From Eledone cirrhosa (taxonomy: Eukaryota): DNA of 64,000 nt. The stretch is from positions 79,298,001 to 79,362,000 of the forward strand of contig OZ024744.1 in assembly GCA_964016885.1 (NCBI GenBank), written 5' to 3'. Positions 26,480 through 39,327 of the stretch are shown piece after piece (within the stretch, counting starts at the first letter, position 1; each line of letters begins with the position of its first letter). The position numbers and the translations under genes are program-made. A model generated the notes under the pieces. It did no database searches and was not told where the DNA came from. It worked only from the letters and a program-made list of their open reading frames with translations.

Positions 26480-29400
26480 ATAGATTTCAATGTGAACTTT
26501 GTGTGAGTTATTATTTTTTGAATTAACCCATATTTTGACGTCTTTATACTGCATTCCTGGATGATATCTATCCACCTCACCATACCAAGCAATTTCTTGG
26601 CTTTTTTAACCCTTTAGCATTTAGATTATTCTATATTTACTGTTATATTTTCACAGTAAAGCCTCTACCTCATAAATATCGAATCTATGAGATTTTTATA
26701 GTATTTATTTTGAAAACAATACCTTAATATCATTATGAGTGGCTAGTTATGGCTGGTTTGAACAGAAAGAGGTGAGAGAATTCTGGCCAGTTTAAAATAT
26801 TGTTTTGTGACAGTAAACCAAGTTTTGCTATTTATATTCAGAAAAATCAGAAAAATTCATACATGCAATTCCTGTGGTTATGTGAACTATAGGTGATATG
26901 AAATGTTGCTTCTGATTAGTCGGGAGGTTGCTTGGGGATTTGTCTACAAACTAAAACATTTCACTGCCACTCGTCTTTTAAAGAATTACTTAATGGCTAA
27001 TAATTAATATACTATTGAAGTGTTGAAATTTTGCCAATTTGTAGAAGTCATGGTTTTTATTTTTTAAACCTTCATATTTTTGCAGTAAAATTTTTTAGAC
27101 TCTTTTGATACCAAACCACCCCTAGTTGGTTCTGTTTATATTTATCTAAAATCTTTCCATAATTTTGTTAGAGCCTTTAACCCTTTAACGTTTCTCTATA
27201 TATGCTATTGTATTTTTGTAGTAAAGGCTTTATCTAACATAATATCGAATCTGAGATTTTGAAAGCAATACCTTAACATAAGTATGGGTGGCAAGTTACA
27301 GCCGATTTAAACAGAAAAAGGTTGGATAATTCTGGCCGGGTTAAATTCTAAAGGGTTATTTTCTAAACAGCTTAATAATGAGAAAATTATATTGCTAAAT
27401 CTTTCCATATATTTGAAAATCATAAGCAGTGTCTTTCATGGGAGCAAAATGGTTAAAATCAAACCCATCTCGAGAAAATAACTACTTGTATAAAATTAAG
27501 TTTGTGGTCAACAAGTGTACATTTTACTATTACACATTCATTGGAGTATATTTACCTAATTTCTTTCCAGCTTTTCAAATCCTCTCTGCTCAAGGCCTAT
27601 GTCGGCTTCCATCCAGCATCATTGTTTGTACAAAAGTATCATACAGTCTGTCTTTCACTCTGGATGTTAAATGGTGATGATTACTATTATATTTTCATAG
27701 TAAAGGCTTTTCTTCACAATTATCTCACAAAATATCGAATCTATGAGATTTTGATGATATTTATTTTGAGAACAATACCTTAACATAAGTATAAGCAGCT
27801 AGTTTGAACAGAAAGAGGTGAGAGAATTTTGGATGGATACAGCTGGTTTAAATGCTAAAGGGTTAAATTGTTCATGACATTCTTTCTGGCTTTATACCAC
27901 ATCTGATATTTATTCAAATTGAATATTATATATATCTTTTCTGATGGTGTTTAAAGAAAATATCAATTTATATAATCCTGTGTGTGTATATATAAAACCA
28001 TGCCAAAATAAAAATGTCGGGAACCATTCAGTCGTGTTAACAGTACAACAATCTCTCTAGTTGTTGGTGATAGGAATGGCATCCAGCTGTAGAAAGCTTG
28101 TCAAAGGACCATTCATTTGTGTCAAAGATATAGCAGCTTCCTTACTGCTGGTGCCATGATAAAATGCACTCAATAGAGTTGTGGATTGTATGTAAGCAAG
28201 ATGCAGGACTTCAGCCATCTGAGAAGTCAGTAGCTCCACTTGAGTACTGGTGAGGGGTGAAGTACTCTACCATAAAGAACAGTTTTCCTATTTGAGAAAC
28301 ACAGACCAAATGTTATAAAAACTCCTGAATAGCAGGCTACTGGATCAGCCCAAGGTATATGTGTGTATGTCTGTATGAAATAAGAAAATTCCCAGATATT
28401 TTTCCTCATCCCAGCATGAAATTTATAAACTATTTTTATCCTCTTATTCATGTGTTATTTTTAAGCACACAAATGGAGTGGTTTCAGTTGGATTATATAT
28501 ACATATATATAAGGCTTCTCCCTACAAATGAAAAAATAGCTGCATGGGTAGTGAAGGCTGAACAGAAATAAAGCAAGTATGCTTTGATGGATGTGCAATA
28601 CTAATGTGAGAAGAGTAGAACTTGGATAAACTGAGAGAAAAACTATATGTTGGTATAGACATGGGATGCCCATGATTGATGATCGCTGGGTGAAGTAGCA
28701 AGGAATTCCACTAGAAGGAAGACCTGGGCAGAAGTGGTGAGAGCTGTTCTCACAGAGATGACAACGGAAAAATGTGCTGAAAGAACCTGTGGAGAGTGGA
28801 CATAAAAGCAACAATGATGATATATATATATATGTAGTGGACATAGCATGGTTAAAATGTTCACTTTGCAATCATTAAGTTCTGGTTCGATCTTACTGTG
28901 GGGCATCTTGAGCAAATGTTAATTTCCATAGACTTGGGTCAACCCATATAAGTGAAATTGAGTAGACAGAAACCTTGTCACACTGTGGCTGTGAATATTC
29001 AGTCACTTATATGTTAATTACACAAGCAGGCTGTCCTGTTGATCAAACACCTGGAACACTTCTCATCAAAACCAATGGAGGTTCATTCCATGTATTGGTA
29101 CTCTGTGAACTGAGTCACAAGCTACCTGGCCTATGAGGGAAGTCAGTAAGTTTGAATAAGAACTAGAAGGTGGAAATTCACAGCAGGGCCAGTGGACATC
29201 AGGAGGATCTTCAGAGGAAGAACTCCCATTAAGCAAGTATTTCAGTCCTTGATTCCTCCTGACTCTAAGACAACTGGATGCACCTAGGCCATGACTCGTA
29301 TATGTCTATTCTGCTGTTTTTTTTATTGTCCTCCAGTGGGATATGAACCCAGGACCTTCCAGTGATCTTGTTTTCCATTTCCTGTGGTTTACATCACTTG

Positions 29401-29818
29401 GCCACGAAGGTCATAGAGGTCAGTCACAATGATTTGGTCTGTGGCTAGCTGTCCAATCCATGCTAGCCTGGAAAAATGGACCTTAAATTAGGACAATGAT
29501 GGAATGCAATGTCAAAACAGCTGAGCAATTTTTACTTGGAACAATTCATGTGACTTTCTAAATATTTCAAGGAAATTTGTTTTTGCTGGACATTGTGTGT
29601 GCGTGTGTATGTATGTGTAGGTGTACGTTGTTTATAGTAACAAAAATTGCATTTCATTTAATAGAAAAACAATTATTTCACTAATGGAAAATAATAATAG
29701 AATGTTCATTGATATATTTATTAGGATGGAGAATGATATAGTTAATTAAAATATGCAATAAGAGATATATTACAGAAGTCAGAAATATTTTGTTTATTAC
29801 ATTGTTTATTTTATTTGA

Positions 29819-29967
29819 TTAAAATTGGTTCAATAACATATTGAAGCATGTGTTATAAAGATTTCGCAATGGTAAACTGTCATCTGGGCACACAACATGC
29901 AGTGACACTTTCTCCAGAGGCAACTTGGTATATTTGGTAATAGATCCAGGTTTCGTTGACTGGCAAG
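29819..29967 (-). CDS. candidate terminal exon of an unidentified convergent gene
   Basis: minus-strand gtgattttcag| acceptor, stop-free xCQSTKPGSITKYTKLPLEKVSLHVVCPDDSLPLRNLYNTCFNMLLNQF*, then AT-rich sequence with several AATAAA; no homology recognised. Confidence 0.35.
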
Positions 29968-30069
29968 CTGAAAATCACAAGTTGTTGAGATATTGGTCAT
30001 TTTCAGATATCTTTATTTACAATTGAAATAAAAATAAAAATAAATTTAGATGGCGAAGAAAGAATGGAA

Positions 30070-30535
30070 TCTATATATATAAAAACGAAAATGTCTGTAT
30101 GCAGGTGATGCATTTCCACAGTTCCCATCTGATTTTGTTCAAATTTGATACATAGGTTATTTAGCTCCCGGAGCATGTCAACATATAGTTTACTCCCCTA
30201 AAATAGCAGAGTTCTGAGGCTATTTAAAGACAGCCATGTTGAGAAGAGAGGGGAGTCTTTATTTACAGTGGCAACGATGGGCTCTTCTGCTAGTGCAAAA
30301 TGAGAAACTATTTTAAAGGAAGGGAAAGGCAAGACCTCTAGTATCACAGAAGAATGGGGCGGGGGAGGAGAGTGATGGGGCCTAGGACACGATGGTAATG
30401 GTGCTCTGTGTACAGGACTACAAAAGTGGACAATGGCCAGCAACAGCCACCCCTCCTCAGACAGGCTGCTGATGTTCCAATCTTGCAGAGGAGCGCAGTA
30501 GTTCAGGGTTCAAGTAGGCCTGAGATCTCAACTAG
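30070..30535 (+). mobile_element. non-autonomous Helitron-like element
   Basis: A|TCTATATATATAAAAACG 5' end; possible 3' end TCAGG..CCTGA hairpin then CTAG|T at 30532-30536. Confidence 0.5.
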
Positions 30536-31195
30536 TTTGTAGTTGAACCTATAGCAGTGGAAACTTCTGCCTGCTGTTCTGGGCCCCTAATCTCAGCTAT
30601 AGAGGTAGAGTGAACCACATGAGTTGGTATGGCTATTTCAATGCATCTCCTTTGCTACCCTCCTGGAAACTTCTGCTTGCTGTTCTGGGTCCCCTCCCCC
30701 CCTAATCTCAGCTATAGAGGTAGAGTGGGCCACATGAGTTGGTATGGCTATTTCAATACATCTGCTTCACTATCCTCCAGAGTAACTCTTTCTCTATTTT
30801 GTCCATGAAGCAGCATGCACCTGAGGTTCTGCATGTCAGTGAGCCTTCTCCCACCCTACACTGTCCAAGCATTGTGGTAGCGATGGTATAGATTGGTGAT
30901 ATTTATATTTATATTTACTCACTCAATAACTGAACATAGTTTCCACTTGAATACATTTCTTTCAATTCCATCATCTGCATTTCACAATACTAAACATAGG
31001 TTGGTAATATCTTCAAAATGTCTCGCTCATATAGGATTGTTTATGGTTGGTTTTTACAGCTCGATGCACTTCCTAACGCCAACCACATTTACAGTGTGTG
31101 CTGGGTGCTTTTTGCCATGCCTTTTTACATGACTACTTTACAGTGTGGGCTGGATGTTTTGGGCTACCAATATAACACATATATAGACACATATA

Positions 31196-31845
31196 ATAGC
31201 TGAGGTACCTGGCTTCGCCCGGAGAACAGTTAAGAGAAAATGACTGTGTTGGATGTGTTCTCTGGTTTACAGTGTGAGGTGAGACCGTAATGTGAGTGTG
31301 TGTGAGAAAGACATAAAAAAAGTCATAAAACTTCCTTATTTGGCTGGAGCAGCAAACTGCCAATTAAATGGTAGCACTGGCCTTGAATTTTAAATGTGAA
31401 ACAGCTGAAAAAGATCATTCTAACCATAGTCAGTATGATCTTTTTCAGCTACTAAGGACATTATCTGAAACAGCAATGTACCGCATAACATTGCTTCTGA
31501 AGAGTTGCTTCGTTAGTACAGTTTGTAAGTAATATATGGATAAAAGCTGGAGGGTAGATTAATTTCAAATGGTATCAATTTTCTTTGTTCTGTAAAATCA
31601 GAGACTATAAACCGACTTTATAAAAGCTAATGCAATATTGTTAAACCTTCACTGATACTTTCGTGGTACGTCACTCTCTCTGAATATCTAACACTTTAAT
31701 TGTATCTCTCTCTGTATAACAACCTATCTCTCTCTTTCTGCCTCTTCCTCTGTGTCTCTCTTTAGATGTGCATGTATTTGTGTGTGTGTAGTTTTCGCGT
31801 GAGTTAACCAAACAATAAACATCTTTCTTTTATATTATATATAGA
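31196..31845 (-). mobile_element. non-autonomous Helitron
   Basis: minus strand begins TCTATATATAATATAAAAG and ends CCGGGCGAAGCCAGG hairpin + CAGCTAT (degenerate CTAG). Confidence 0.75.
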
Positions 31846-31938
31846 CTAGCAGAGGTGCCCGGCGTTGCCTGGTATAACACTCAAAGGAGTAATTGTTCAA
31901 ATGAACCAAAAGACCTCCGTTAAACACAACTATAGAAG

Positions 31939-32310
31939 TAACAATTTATAGGTGTTGGCCCTAAAGAAGGCCTTTGAACGTTCACTTTGAAATATCTCTG
32001 CAGCGGTGTTGCCAGCAAAGACGAATCCGATGGTAACAATTTAAAGTTGGTGGCCCTAAAGAGAGCCTTGGATCGTTCAATCTTAAAAGTCTCAGCGGCG
32101 GTGCTGTCAGCAAAGACGAATCCAGCGATAACAATTTATAGTTGGTGGCCCTGAAGAGGACCTTTTAACGTTCAGTTTGAAATATCTCAGCGGCGGTGCT
32201 GCCAGCAAAGATGAATCTGATGGTAACAATTTAAACTTGGTGGCCCTGAAGAGGGCCTTGGATCGATCACTCTTAAAAGTCCCAGTGGCAGAGCTGTCAT
32301 CAAAGACGAC
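31939..32310. repeat. about 94-bp tandem repeat x4 inside the Helitron
   Basis: unit gtaacaattta..gtggccct.aagag.gcct.....cgttca.t.t.aaa.tctc..cggcggtg.tgccagcaaagacgaatcc. Confidence 0.9.
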
Positions 32311-32665
32311 TCCGATTAGGTGGTGGCACTTAAGAAGTCCTTCACACCACTTTGGTGTGTCGTATTTGCTTTGATTGTTATTTGAGATTGTAACCTAGAG
32401 AAGCATGTGACAGTCGGTAGCCACAAAAACGGCTTTGGCAAGATCACGCTGAAATGTCAAAAAAATGTGTAAATAAGATGTAGGGAAAAGTAGATTAATT
32501 AGGTTAAAACTACGGAACATCGATAGCCTAGCGTAATAGCAACATATAAATGTGGAAAACGGAGACATTGAACATTTATAACGTATAGCAAAAGCAGCCT
32601 CAGAGACGTGCGTGGTATTGTCAAAAGGACAAAAATAGCACACGGATACAGCAAATGTAAGAACT

Positions 32666-33148
32666 TGTAGCGGTCCCTTATGGCTGTAACTCAGCACGTA
32701 TAGGAGTTACGTCCCTTTGTGACGGTCGCAACTCCCAGTGGCAGATACGTATAGGAGTTGCGTCCCTTTGTGACGGTCACGACTCCCAGTAGCAGATCCA
32801 TGTACTAAATGGAGTTGCGTCCCCCTGGGGACTATATATTTTAGAACATGAGGCAATTCTCTCACTTCCTTCGCCCGCAACAAGAACACCTCAGACCTTG
32901 TCAAGCGATGACTCCTGTCTCACTTCCTGTGACGGCAGCCTAAAGAAACACTTGAACCTTACCAAGAGAAGATTTCTGTTCTTCTCCACACACTCCATTT
33001 TGGGAGTTGTGACTAACTGACCATCAACATGTGGTAACAATTATTTATATCAATTTATTTGACTTCTGTGAAGTAAAACCATGTCACAACACTCACCTGC
33101 AATTATTGTCATTGATAATTTATATACACCTGATACTAATATCCTAAA
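32666..33148 (+). repeat. 5' LTR
   Basis: TGTAGCGG...ATATCCTAAA followed by PBS; matches 37828-38313. Confidence 0.9.
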
Positions 33149-33682
33149 TTGGTGCCTGACGTTTAAAAAAAGAATGGGAAATAGTACCATGTGTATATAA
33201 AAAAAAAAGAGAAAGAAAAAAACCCATTTAATACAGAACAACACACTTGATTCTGATATGGCTGTATTGACCAATCTAAACATATTTCTCTGTAACACTT
33301 AACATCAAACTCTTCATATGTGCAAAACGAGCATCCAAAGAATTTACACACACAAAACAACAATTGTATGAATGTTTTTTTTTTTCTTTTCTCTGGCTAA
33401 AATTTTTGAGGATGGCAAGATGGCGGCTTTCTTCTCCTTCAATAGTGTTTTTGGCGCGAAATAGTCCGCCATGTTGGTTTTAGTTTTAAATTCCCTGCCT
33501 ATACCTTATTAATGACATCGCTCGGTTAGTCGCTCCTTTGCATATTGTCTCGGATGCATTCTTTTTCCTGTCCAGTTGTTTGACAGAGAAAAATAAGCGA
33601 TCTTGTTTTCCTTTTCTGTTGTGTTGGAGACATTTTTCCAAACGAAGACGATTTTTTTTGGCAAATTACCTACGGTATATCA

Positions 33683-34450
33683 ATGGCATCTCATTCTGTT
33701 CTACCTACGTACACGGGCGACGTAAGGTTATGGTTCGCCCAACTCGAAGCATTTTTTGAGGCGAACAGAATTGACGAGGCACAACAACGTCCTCTGGTCC
33801 TTAGTGCAATTCCGCCGGCACTTATCCCAGTGATTAAGGACCTGGTGTTAGGGATACCCACCGACGCGACGTACAAGTCTCAGAAGGCTGAAATACTCAG
33901 TCGGACTGCACAGTCTGCAGAAAAAAGATTTACGGTTCTGGTCCATCTGGAGCATATCGGTGATGGCACCCCATCGAACCTCCTAAGGCGAATGAAGGAC
34001 CTAACGGAGGGGTTGGTAGCGGAAACTCCCATGCTGAAGCAGTTGTTCTTCTCGCGCCTACCGACCAACGTACAGGCAATTTTGGCCCCCATTAGGGATA
34101 CTTGCACGGTGGATCAGCTTGCCGCCTCTGCGGACAAAGTTTTCGAAGTTACGGGTGCTGGAGGCAGCGAAGCCCTTGCCGCTGTTTCCCAACCAGCTCA
34201 GGCCACACCTGGCCATGCCATCTGCGCGGCAGCTCCTGTAGACAGCTCAGCTATTATGGCGATGCAGAGGGCCATTCAGGAACTCACCCTGGAGCTCCAG
34301 AAGATGAAGGCCTTGTGTGGTGCCCGTTCGCGCCCCCGCAGCCGCGGGAGATCTCAATCTTTTAGACGCCGCTCCAAGTTACCAGCTTCATCTTTATGCT
34401 GGTACCATGAGCGATTTGCCGAGAGCGCGAACCACTGCGTGCAATCTTGA
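33683..34450 (+). pseudogene. gag: Gypsy gag
   Basis: LWFAQLEAFF N-terminus; CWYH-x9-C-x3-(C mutated to stop) CHCC knuckle typical of the CsRn1 clade. Confidence 0.85.
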
Positions 34451-34499
34451 TCGTTTCATAAGGCGGGAAACGCCAAAGAGGTCCGCTGATGGGGACAGT

Positions 34500-37400
34500 T
34501 GACCTCAACATAAAGCCACCAAACCGCCATTTCTTCATTAAGGACCTTAGGCCGGGAAGAGGTTTCCTCGTGGATACAGGAGCATCCTGTAGTATTTGGC
34601 CGGTCCATTGCCTGAAAGATACCCCGTAGAATCATCCAATACTCTGCAGGCCGTTAATCACTCGTCTATAAAGACGTACGGGCAAATCTCGCCTCCTCTC
34701 AAATTCCTAAATCTTCGTAGGGATTTTAAGTGGATTTTTACGGTTGCCGATTTGCCATACCCTATCTTAGGAGCGGATTTCCTCCACAACTTCTCTTTGA
34801 CTGTGGACGTCCGTGGCCAACGCCTGGTGGATAACATCACCGGTTTTTCAATTCGTGGCCGGAAAGCCAATGCTCCAACAGTCAGCCCCATATTCTTCAT
34901 CGCTGCCGCTGGAGACGCCTACCATTCGTTGCTGGGTTCTTTCCCGGAGCTCACCGATGGAAATTTTCGAGTCACTGACCCAACACACTCAACTGAACAT
35001 TTCATTTCCACCACCGGTGCTCCAGTGTTTTCGCGTCCACGCCGCTTACCGGCGGACAAATTAAAGGCAGCACGGTCCGAGTTCGACCATATGCTGCAGC
35101 TGGGCATTATTCGCCCATCTACGAGTCCTTGGGCTTCACCGTTACACATGGTGCCCAAGACTTCCGGCGACTGGAGACCCACTGGGGATTATAGGAGGTT
35201 AAATGCTATGACCGTCCCGGATAGGTATCCCATTCCCCATCTCCAGGATTTCGCATCTTCATTGCAGGGGTGTAAGATTTTCTCAAAACTAGATTAGTGC
35301 GAGCCTACCACCAAATTCCGGTCAGGAAGGAGGATATTCCGAAAACAGCGATTACAACTCCTTTCGGATCCTTCGAATTTTTTACCATGCTTTTTGGACT
35401 CAGGAACGCCGCTAGCACTTTTCAGCGGTTCATAGACGAAGTCACTCGTGGTCTGGACTTCGTTTATGCTTACATAGACGATATTCTCGTCGCTAGTTCC
35501 TCTCCGGAAGAGCATATGCGCCACATGCATCTCTTATTTCGGCGACTTCAGGATTACCGCGTTCGTGTGAATTCCGCAAAGTATGTTTTTGGTTCCACTT
35601 CGCTAAATTCTTTAGACCACCTCATCGACGCCGAAGGTATTAGGCCGCTCCCTCAGCGAGTTCAATCCATACAGGATTTACCTCCGCCTACTACACTTCA
35701 CCAGTTGCGTCTAATCAATTTCTATAGGCGTTTCGTTCCTCATTGTGCTAATTTGCTATCTTCCCTTACTGAGATTTTGAAAAATCGTCGTAAGAAGAAT
35801 GAGGATATTTCCTTGACACAAGGACAGCTTCAAGACTTCCAGACTGCCAAGACAGCACTCTCTAGTTCATCTTTGCTAGCCCACCCGGTACCAGAGGCCA
35901 AGCTTTCACTTTGTTTTGATGCATCTGATACCGCTGTGGGAGCAGTTTTACAGCAGTTCAACGCTGGAAACCAACAACCTTTGGCATTTTTCTCGAGGAA
36001 GCTGAAACCAGGAGAAACGTGTTACAGCACGTTTGGGCGGGAATTATTAGCCATATATCTGTCGGTGAAACATTTCTCTCATATTCTTGAGGGGAGAAAT
36101 GTTACTGTTTTAACCGACCACAAACCTCTGACCTTCGCTTTGAGGGCTAAAGCCGACAGATATTCGCCCAGAGAGACAAGGCACCTGGATTACGTTTCGC
36201 AATTTACAAATGATATCCAGCACATTGCTGGCTCGCATAACATAGCTGCAGACGCATTGTCACGTTTGTCAATCAGCTCCATCTCGTCATTCCAGGAGAT
36301 CGACTTAGGTCGTTTAGCTGCAGATCTGTACTCCAATCGTTGGATACTCTTTCTGCCGAATTTGCGACTTGCATCTTTAAATATCTGCCCTTGTCGACCA
36401 CCGACAGGCAGATTCTATGTGATGTATCACCGGATTCACCACGACCATTTGTTCCTGAGACTCACCGTCGAATTGCTTTGCACAGCATTTCTCACCCAGG
36501 AATTTCTGCCACAGTAAAGCTTATAACGGCTATATTTTTCTGGCCCAATATGAGGCGAGAAATTACTGTCTGGTGCCGTTCCTGCACACAGTGTCAAAGA
36601 TCTAAAATCCACAGACATATCCGGACTCCACTTGGTACTTTCAGTACTCCAGATGCTCGGTTTCAACACATCCACATTGATATCGTTGGACCTTGGCCAT
36701 TCAGCAGTGGATATTCGTACTTCTTGACCTGTATCGATCGTTTTTCGCGATGGCCTGAAGCTATCCTCTTACAAGAAATAACTGCTGAGATTGTAGCGCG
36801 TGCCTTGGAATCAGGGTGGATTACCCGCTTTGGGGTACCAACTACAGTCACCACAGACCGTGGTAGACAATTTGAGTCTCATCTTTTCTCTGAGCTCACA
36901 AAGATCATTGGCGCTCAACGGATTCGGACCACAGCCTATCATCCTGCTTCAAACGGAATGGTGGAACGATTCCACCGCCAATTAAAGGTCGCTCTTCGCG
37001 CCTATCCAAACTCTCAACGTTGGAGCGAGTACTTTCCTATTGTGTTATTAGGAATTCGGTCATCAATAAAGGAGGACCTTGAGTTCTCCCCGGCCGAATT
37101 ACTGTATGGTGCTCCTCTAGCGTTGCCTGGGCAAATGCTTGCCCCTGTTGATCTTGCTTTCCAGGACCCTGTTTCCTACGTATCTCGTTTGCGCTCCTAT
37201 TTTCAGGACTTACCGCCCATGAATACTAGGAAACCAACTATTAAAATTGCAGTCCCGAGGGATATTGCCTTATAGACACATGTATTCGTCAGAAACGATG
37301 CGGTTACTCGACACCTCACTCAACCGTACTCTGGACCCTACCGTGTGTTAGCACGTACTGACAAACATTTCACAGTAGACATTAAGGGGTCCAGAGAGAC

Positions 37401-37590
37401 AATTTCGGTGGATAGACTAAAAAGGGCATACAATGACGCTCATACACCCGAGTCACAAATACCCCAACCTTTCTCTCTTGTGCATACACCTGCTCCTTCT
37501 GTCTCACCTTCACCTACATACAAGACTACGACCCGTTCCGGTCGAAGAGTCCACTGGCCCAAAAAACTCTACCAAACTGTTTTCATGTGA
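34500..37590 (+). pseudogene. pol: Gypsy pol (protease, RT, RNase H, integrase) with stops and frameshifts
   Basis: FLVDTGAS protease; [20 protein letters not shown]; DAS/RELLAI/TDHKPL RNase H; [20 protein letters not shown] integrase; GPY motif. Confidence 0.92.
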
Positions 37591-37827
37591 ACTGGCCACT
37601 GGAGCCTATTTTTTGGGTGGGTGGGTGGGTGGGTGGGGGGGGGGGGGGGTTCTCTTACCATGTACCTCTTCGTTACCATTTCATGCCTGATTTATACATG
37701 TACCTTTTCGTTACCATTTCATGCCTGTACCTTTGCGTTAATATTTCATGACTGTGCTGGGAGCCCATGCTTGTGGGTTCGTTACAGTTACCTTCGGGCT
37801 TTTCGCCTAGCGCCTGGAGGAGGGTAC

Positions 37828-38313
37828 TGTAGCGGCCCCTTACGGCTGTAACTCAGTATGTATAGGAGTTACGTCTCTTTGTAACGGTCGCGACTTCCAG
37901 TGGCAGATACGTATAGGAGTTGCGTCCCTTTGTGAGGTCGCGACTCCCAGTGGCAGATCCATGTACTAAATGGAATTGCGTCCCCCTGGGGACTATATAT
38001 TTGAGAACGTGAGGCAATTCTCTCTCACTTCCTTCGCCCGCAACAAGAACACCTCAGACCTTGTCAAGAGATGACTCCTGTCTCACTTCCTGCGACGGCA
38101 GCCTAAAGAAACACTTGAACCTTACCAAGAGAAGATTTCTGTTCTTCTCCACACACTCCAGTCTGGGAGTTGTGACTAACTGACCATCAACATGTGGTAA
38201 CAATTATTTATATCAATTTATTTGACTTCTGTGAAGTAAAACCATGTCACAACACTCACCTGCAATTATTGTCATTCTTAAATATATATATACACTGATA
38301 CTAATATCTTAAA
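37828..38313 (+). repeat. 3' LTR
   Basis: directly after the PPT; TGTAGCGG...ATATCTTAAA. Confidence 0.9.
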
Positions 38314-38362
38314 CACTTATACAAAAAAACAAACAGCGATTACTTGTTGGCGGATGGGGTGC

Positions 38363-38868
38363 CTACAAAACTTCCTTATAGACTATATTTTGGGCTTTCT
38401 CGCGAGTTGCAAAAGCAAATAGGTTATGTCGGCTCCCCACTCGAGAGCAGCCAACATATAGTTGACCATGGGAGAAGCACAGTTCTTCTAAATTAAGCCC
38501 CACGACCGTCAGCGTCTGATCCTGTGATTTGTTAATCGACATGGCGAAACTGAGCTGGAATTGCAGTCTTCTGAATGTGAAAGGAATGTCTTTACCGGAT
38601 GGAATGAGAGGTATCCTTAGTATGAAGACAGTATCCCCCTTATCACATCCTGTAAGTATTGTTGCCTCAATAACACGAGGCATCGCCTTTTGGCGACCAG
38701 ACGCGTGCCGTTGGAAAGCCTTCGGGGTTCCAAATTCCTGAGGAGCATGACAGGGGCACCTTTATTAAGTCGCAGTAAGTGTGGTGGCAATCCGGGAGGG
38801 TCTAGGGAGTTAAGAAATTCTGTGGGGTAATTAACAAGGGACTTGTAGACGTGAAGGTTTCCAGGCAA
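38363..38868 (-). pseudogene. Helitron RepHel PIF1-like helicase C-terminal fragment (frameshifted)
   Basis: [56 protein letters not shown]. Confidence 0.93.
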
Positions 38869-39105
38869 GCACGCCCATACAGGACTGATCTACTTAAGAA
38901 TTACGTTAAGGACACACATGTCAGTGGAATGCTCAGCCGATTACCTGTTAATTTCAAGAGCAGGCTGTTCCAATAATCAACACACAGGAACATTTGTTTT
39001 CAGAACCGACGGATGTCCAATACACGATAGAAGTCCAATACATAATGACTTGTACATTTACATTGTGATTCACTAGTTACTTCTTTCATTAGTTACCCGG
39101 TTTAA

Positions 39106-39311
39106 CCCTTTACCATTTACATTACTCTATATATACTATTGTATTTTCATGGCAAAAGCTTTATTTCATAATTATCTCACATAATATCGAATCTATGAGA
39201 TTTTGATATTTATTTTGAGAACAATACCTTAACATAAGTATGAGTGGCCAGTTTGGACAGAAAGAGGTGAGAGAATTCTGGCTGGATATGGCCGGTTTAA
39301 ATGCTAATGGG
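39106..39311. mobile_element. piggyBac-like MITE family 1, well-preserved copy
   Basis: TTAA|CCCTTTACCATTTA ... TAAATGCTAATGGG|TTAA. Confidence 0.9.
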
Positions 39312-39327
39312 TTAAAACTGCCACCTA

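Larger units (their letters stand above)
32666..38313 (+). mobile_element. full-length but decayed Ty3/Gypsy LTR retrotransposon, CsRn1-like
   Basis: paired LTRs, degenerate tRNA-Trp-like PBS TGGTGCCTGACG (33150), PPT ggaggaggg (37816), near-TSD aact/cact, gag-PR-RT-RH-IN order. Confidence 0.93.
31846..38870 (-). mobile_element. Helitron 3' portion (helicase remnant to CTAG end), interrupted by Gypsy
   Basis: PIF1 helicase C-terminus at 38363-38868; 3' hairpin CCAGGCAACGCCGGG and CTAG at 31846-31849. Confidence 0.8.

Noticed and set aside
37616-37648. G-rich run (gggt)n(g)n as G-quadruplex
   Set aside because: Simple-repeat expansion in a decayed Gypsy; no evidence of function.
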